Source: an uncultured Acidobacteriota bacterium (GTDB lineage Bacteria > Acidobacteriota > Thermoanaerobaculia > Gp7-AA8). From it: a DNA stretch of 64,000 bases. The notes beneath the pieces were generated by a model, which was given only the letters and a program-made list of their open reading frames with translations, did not search any database and was not told the origin of the DNA. Position 1 is the first letter of the stretch. Each line of letters begins with the position of its first letter. Positions 61,112 through 64,000 of this stretch are shown here, in pieces. Location: positions 192,001 through 256,000 of the forward strand of contig CAVUKB010000005.1 in NCBI GenBank assembly GCA_963741955.1, given 5' to 3'. The position numbers were made by a program, and so were the translations under genes.

Positions 61112-61957
61112 TCAGGAGGTGCGGCGCTCGTCCCGCGCTTCGCGCTCGTTCTTCCGGTCGCCCCGGGAGGGGCTGCCGATCCCGACCAGCTCCCTCAACC
61201 GGAGCGCATCTCGTGCGGCGAATCCGGCTTCGTCGTTGTCGAAATAGAGGTACACCCCATCGAGCGACTTCGACCATTCGCGGATCTTCCTGCTCCACCA
61301 GCGGAGAGCGCTATGGTCATAGCTTCCCTGGTACTTTCCTCCCGGACCGTGGAGCCGGACGTACGTGAACGGAGCGGTCAGTTCGAAAGGCGACACGAAT
61401 CCGGCGAGCTCGTAGATGCAGTACGCCGCTCCATGTTTCCGGAGAACGTCGTAAATCTCCGGCACCAGCCAGCTCGGATCTCTCAGCTCGAAACTGTAGC
61501 GATGACCCCGCGGCAGCACCCGGAGAAATTCATCGAGCCGCTCCGGATTCGCTCTCCATCGGGGTGGCAGCTGGAAGAGGACCGGTCCGAGCTTCGGCCG
61601 GAGACGGTCGATTCGTTCGAAGAAGCGCGCGACTCCCGGCTCCGGATCCTTCAGCTTCTTCATGTGCGTGAGAAAGCGGCTCCCCTTCGCGGCGAAGAGA
61701 AAATCATCCGGAACCGTCTCCCGCCACTGGTCGAGCGCCCCCTCGCTCGGCAGATGATAGAAGCTGTTGTTCAGCTCCACCGTGTCGAACCGCTCTAGGT
61801 AATACCCGAGCATCCGGTTCGCCGGGAGATCGTCCGGGTAAAACGTCCCGAGCCAGTGTCTGTAGTGCCAGCCCGACGTGCCGATACGGATGTCGCAAGC
61901 CACGATCGACTGATCTGGAAGTCTCGTGCCGGAAGCGGCGTCGGATCGATCTGACAC
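61112..61957 (-). CDS. DUF72 family protein
   Basis: IGTSGW, VELNNSFY, LFQLPP, YVRLHG, YFDND. Confidence 0.92.
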   Translation of the reverse strand: MSDRSDAASGTRLPDQSIVACDIRIGTSGWHYRHWLGTFYPDDLPANRMLGYYLERFDTVELNNSFYHLPSEGALDQWRETVPDDFLFAAKGSRFLTHMKKLKDPEPGVARFFERIDRLRPKLGPVLFQLPPRWRANPERLDEFLRVLPRGHRYSFELRDPSWLVPEIYDVLRKHGAAYCIYELAGFVSPFELTAPFTYVRLHGPGGKYQGSYDHSALRWWSRKIREWSKSLDGVYLYFDNDEAGFAARDALRLRELVGIGSPSRGDRKNEREARDERRTS

Positions 61958-62002
61958 GGCCCGGACACGCCCGACTCATCCGTCCACCTGAAAGCAGATC
62001 GG

Positions 62003-62776
62003 TCAGATCGCTTCCGCGATCCTTCTCCCGATCGCCCGGTACGCCTCCGCGTTGGGATGAAACCGGTCGAAGCTGAGCCGGTCGCGGTAGGTGAACAAAT
62101 CCGAGGTCTGCACGACGGTGACGTTCTCATTCCCGGCAAACTGCCGGATCAGACGGCTGTTCCACTCCGCGACTGCGGTGGCGATCAGCTTGTCCGCAGG
62201 AGTCTTCCGGAAAGGGTTGTAGAGCCCGACGATGAAGATCCGCGCTTTCGGGTTCGCCGCTGCAATCTGGTGGACGATCCGTTCCACCCGCTCGGCGACG
62301 CCGCCGATCAGCGCGTCCGGATTCTGCGGAGCGACGCGCGCGCCCCGCTGTTCGACAAAGAAGTCGTTCCCGCCGATCGAGACAACCACCACCTGGCTCG
62401 ACGCGATCAACCGCTGCAGCCCGGGGTGCGAGAGCGACTGGAGGAGGTCCTTCGTCGTCGCTCCGTTCACTGCGACGTTCACCGGTTCCTGGTGTGGAAT
62501 GCCGCGCCTTTTCAACTCCGCGTCGATCGAGCCGCTCAGCCCTTCTCCAGACGTGTCCCCGGTACCGCGCGCGAGAGAGTCTCCCATGATCAGGAGGCGC
62601 AACGGTCTCGACGGGGTTGGCGCGTTCTCCGCAGCAGCGGGGGCAGGGCCCAGCGGGGTCTGGCCGACCGCCGTTCCGACGTCGCCGCGCAGAGCGAGGT
62701 AGAATCCCCAACCGAACAGGGCTGCCGCTGCGACCGAGATCACGGTCGGAAATGTCCAGAAGAAGAATCGTCGCAC
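62003..62776 (-). CDS. SGNH/GDSL lipase with N-terminal anchor
   Basis: GDSLARG, SIGGND, DRFHPN; GGAGG before GTG 62776. Confidence 0.88.
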   Translation of the reverse strand: MRRFFFWTFPTVISVAAAALFGWGFYLALRGDVGTAVGQTPLGPAPAAAENAPTPSRPLRLLIMGDSLARGTGDTSGEGLSGSIDAELKRRGIPHQEPVNVAVNGATTKDLLQSLSHPGLQRLIASSQVVVVSIGGNDFFVEQRGARVAPQNPDALIGGVAERVERIVHQIAAANPKARIFIVGLYNPFRKTPADKLIATAVAEWNSRLIRQFAGNENVTVVQTSDLFTYRDRLSFDRFHPNAEAYRAIGRRIAEAI

Positions 62777-62796
62777 GCAAGCCTCCAGGAGAATCC

Positions 62797-63720
62797 GTGG
62801 CAGCGCCACTCGTCGCCGAGCATCTTACAAAAGTCTTCGGCCACCGGAAGGTCGTCGATTCAGTTTCCCTCGAGCTTCGAGACGGGGAAGTCTTCGGATT
62901 TCTCGGCCCGAACGGCGCCGGGAAAACGACCACCATCCGGATGATGGTCGGCCTGATCCGTCCGACTGCAGGATCCGTGACGATCTGCGGCCACGATCTC
63001 GACCGCGAATTCGAAGCGGCGATGCGCTGCATCGGCTGCATCGTGGAGACTCCGGACCTCTACCGGTTCATGACCGGCCGGGAAAACCTCGAGCATTTCT
63101 CCCGAATGCTCGGACCGGTGGACCGCAACCGTATCGAAGAGCTGGCCGGGCTCGTCGCGCTCGCCCACCGTCTCGATGACAAGGTTCGCACCTATTCGCT
63201 GGGTATGCGGCAAAGGCTCGGCATCGCCCAGGCCCTTCTCGGGAACCCGCGGGTGCTGATCCTCGACGAGCCGGCGAACGGTCTCGATCCGGCAGGAATC
63301 CGCGAGATCCGCTCGCTCCTGCGGATGCTCGCAAAAGAACGAGGACTGGCGATTCTCGTTTCCAGTCACCTCCTCGCGGAGATCGAGCTGATGTGCGACA
63401 GGGTGGCGATCATCCATCGGGGCCGGATCCTCACCACCGGCACGGTCGCCGAAATGCTCCGCGGCGAGAATGGCACGGATATCCTCGTCGACGACTCGGA
63501 TCGTGCCGCGTCGATCCTGCAGTCGCTGGTACACGCGGCAAAGATCGAGAACGGACGCCTCCGTCTGGACGTCCCGCCCGACGCGGTTCCGGAAATCCTC
63601 AAGAGCCTTTCCAATGCCGGTGTCCGGGTCTTTGAAGCCCGACCGGTGGAACAGACGCTCGAAGAACGATTCCTCGCCGCGACCAGCGGGCAGACTGTGG
63701 TCGACTGGAGTGCCGAATGA
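62797..63720 (+). CDS. ABC transporter ATP-binding protein (BcrA-like)
   Basis: GPNGAGKTT, YSLGMRQR, LDEP, SSH; AGGAG before GTG 62797. Confidence 0.92.
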   Translation: MAAPLVAEHLTKVFGHRKVVDSVSLELRDGEVFGFLGPNGAGKTTTIRMMVGLIRPTAGSVTICGHDLDREFEAAMRCIGCIVETPDLYRFMTGRENLEHFSRMLGPVDRNRIEELAGLVALAHRLDDKVRTYSLGMRQRLGIAQALLGNPRVLILDEPANGLDPAGIREIRSLLRMLAKERGLAILVSSHLLAEIELMCDRVAIIHRGRILTTGTVAEMLRGENGTDILVDDSDRAASILQSLVHAAKIENGRLRLDVPPDAVPEILKSLSNAGVRVFEARPVEQTLEERFLAATSGQTVVDWSAE

Positions 63721-64000
63721 GAATGCCCGGACTGATCGAGAACGAGACGCTGAAACTCCTGCGCCGGAGGCGCTTCGCGATCGTGATCGGAATTCTGATG
63801 GCGATCCTGTCGGTGGTCTCGTACGCGGAGTACCGCCAGCTCGCCCGGCACGCCGACCGCGACTGGCGCGTCGAGACGCAGCAGCACATCGCGCGCTACC
63901 AGAACGTCATCCGTCGCGCGCGTGTGAATCCTTCCTGGGAACGTTCGCTCCGCGCGGAGATCGCCCGTCTCCAGTATTATCTCGACCACGACATCCCTCC
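63717..64000 (+). CDS. ABC-2 type permease (truncated by the window end)
   Basis: ATGA overlap; MRMPGLIENETLKLLRRRRF followed by a TM segment. Confidence 0.78.
   Translation, partial: MRMPGLIENETLKLLRRRRFAIVIGILMAILSVVSYAEYRQLARHADRDWRVETQQHIARYQNVIRRARVNPSWERSLRAEIARLQYYLDHDIP

Overview
GC-rich bacterial chromosomal segment. The gene content (Ser/Thr kinase-PD40 fusion, DUF4412, Rieske/cyt b/multiheme cluster, lipid A genes) suggests Acidobacteriota, possibly Thermoanaerobaculia-like; this is an inference. It carries about 55 mostly housekeeping or metabolic genes, including an HD-GYP protein, a BoxB-like diiron protein, an acyl-CoA operon, ndh, ppa, ogt, dacB, a stand-alone ketosynthase, purH-kdsC-lpxL, trmB, FadL plus SGNH lipase, Rieske-cyt b-11-heme cytochrome, comM, a heterodimeric ABC exporter, a sigma-70 factor, dnaK-hspR and SOD. 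I found no rRNA, tRNA, transposase, integrase or true CRISPR array. Most notable: (i) three families of non-coding repeats: a 189-bp REPIN-like cassette, an ~88-bp unit amplified into a 201-bp higher-order tandem array with an orientation flip, and heptamer tracts; (ii) a sigma-70 factor with two tandem region-4 domains; (iii) a small orphan AT-hook protein under a near-consensus promoter with a palindrome in its spacer; (iv) a subtilase broken at a (TC)8 tract, at a G-run and by a deletion; (v) many genes that appear leaderless. All calls come from motif reading by eye; no database searches were run.
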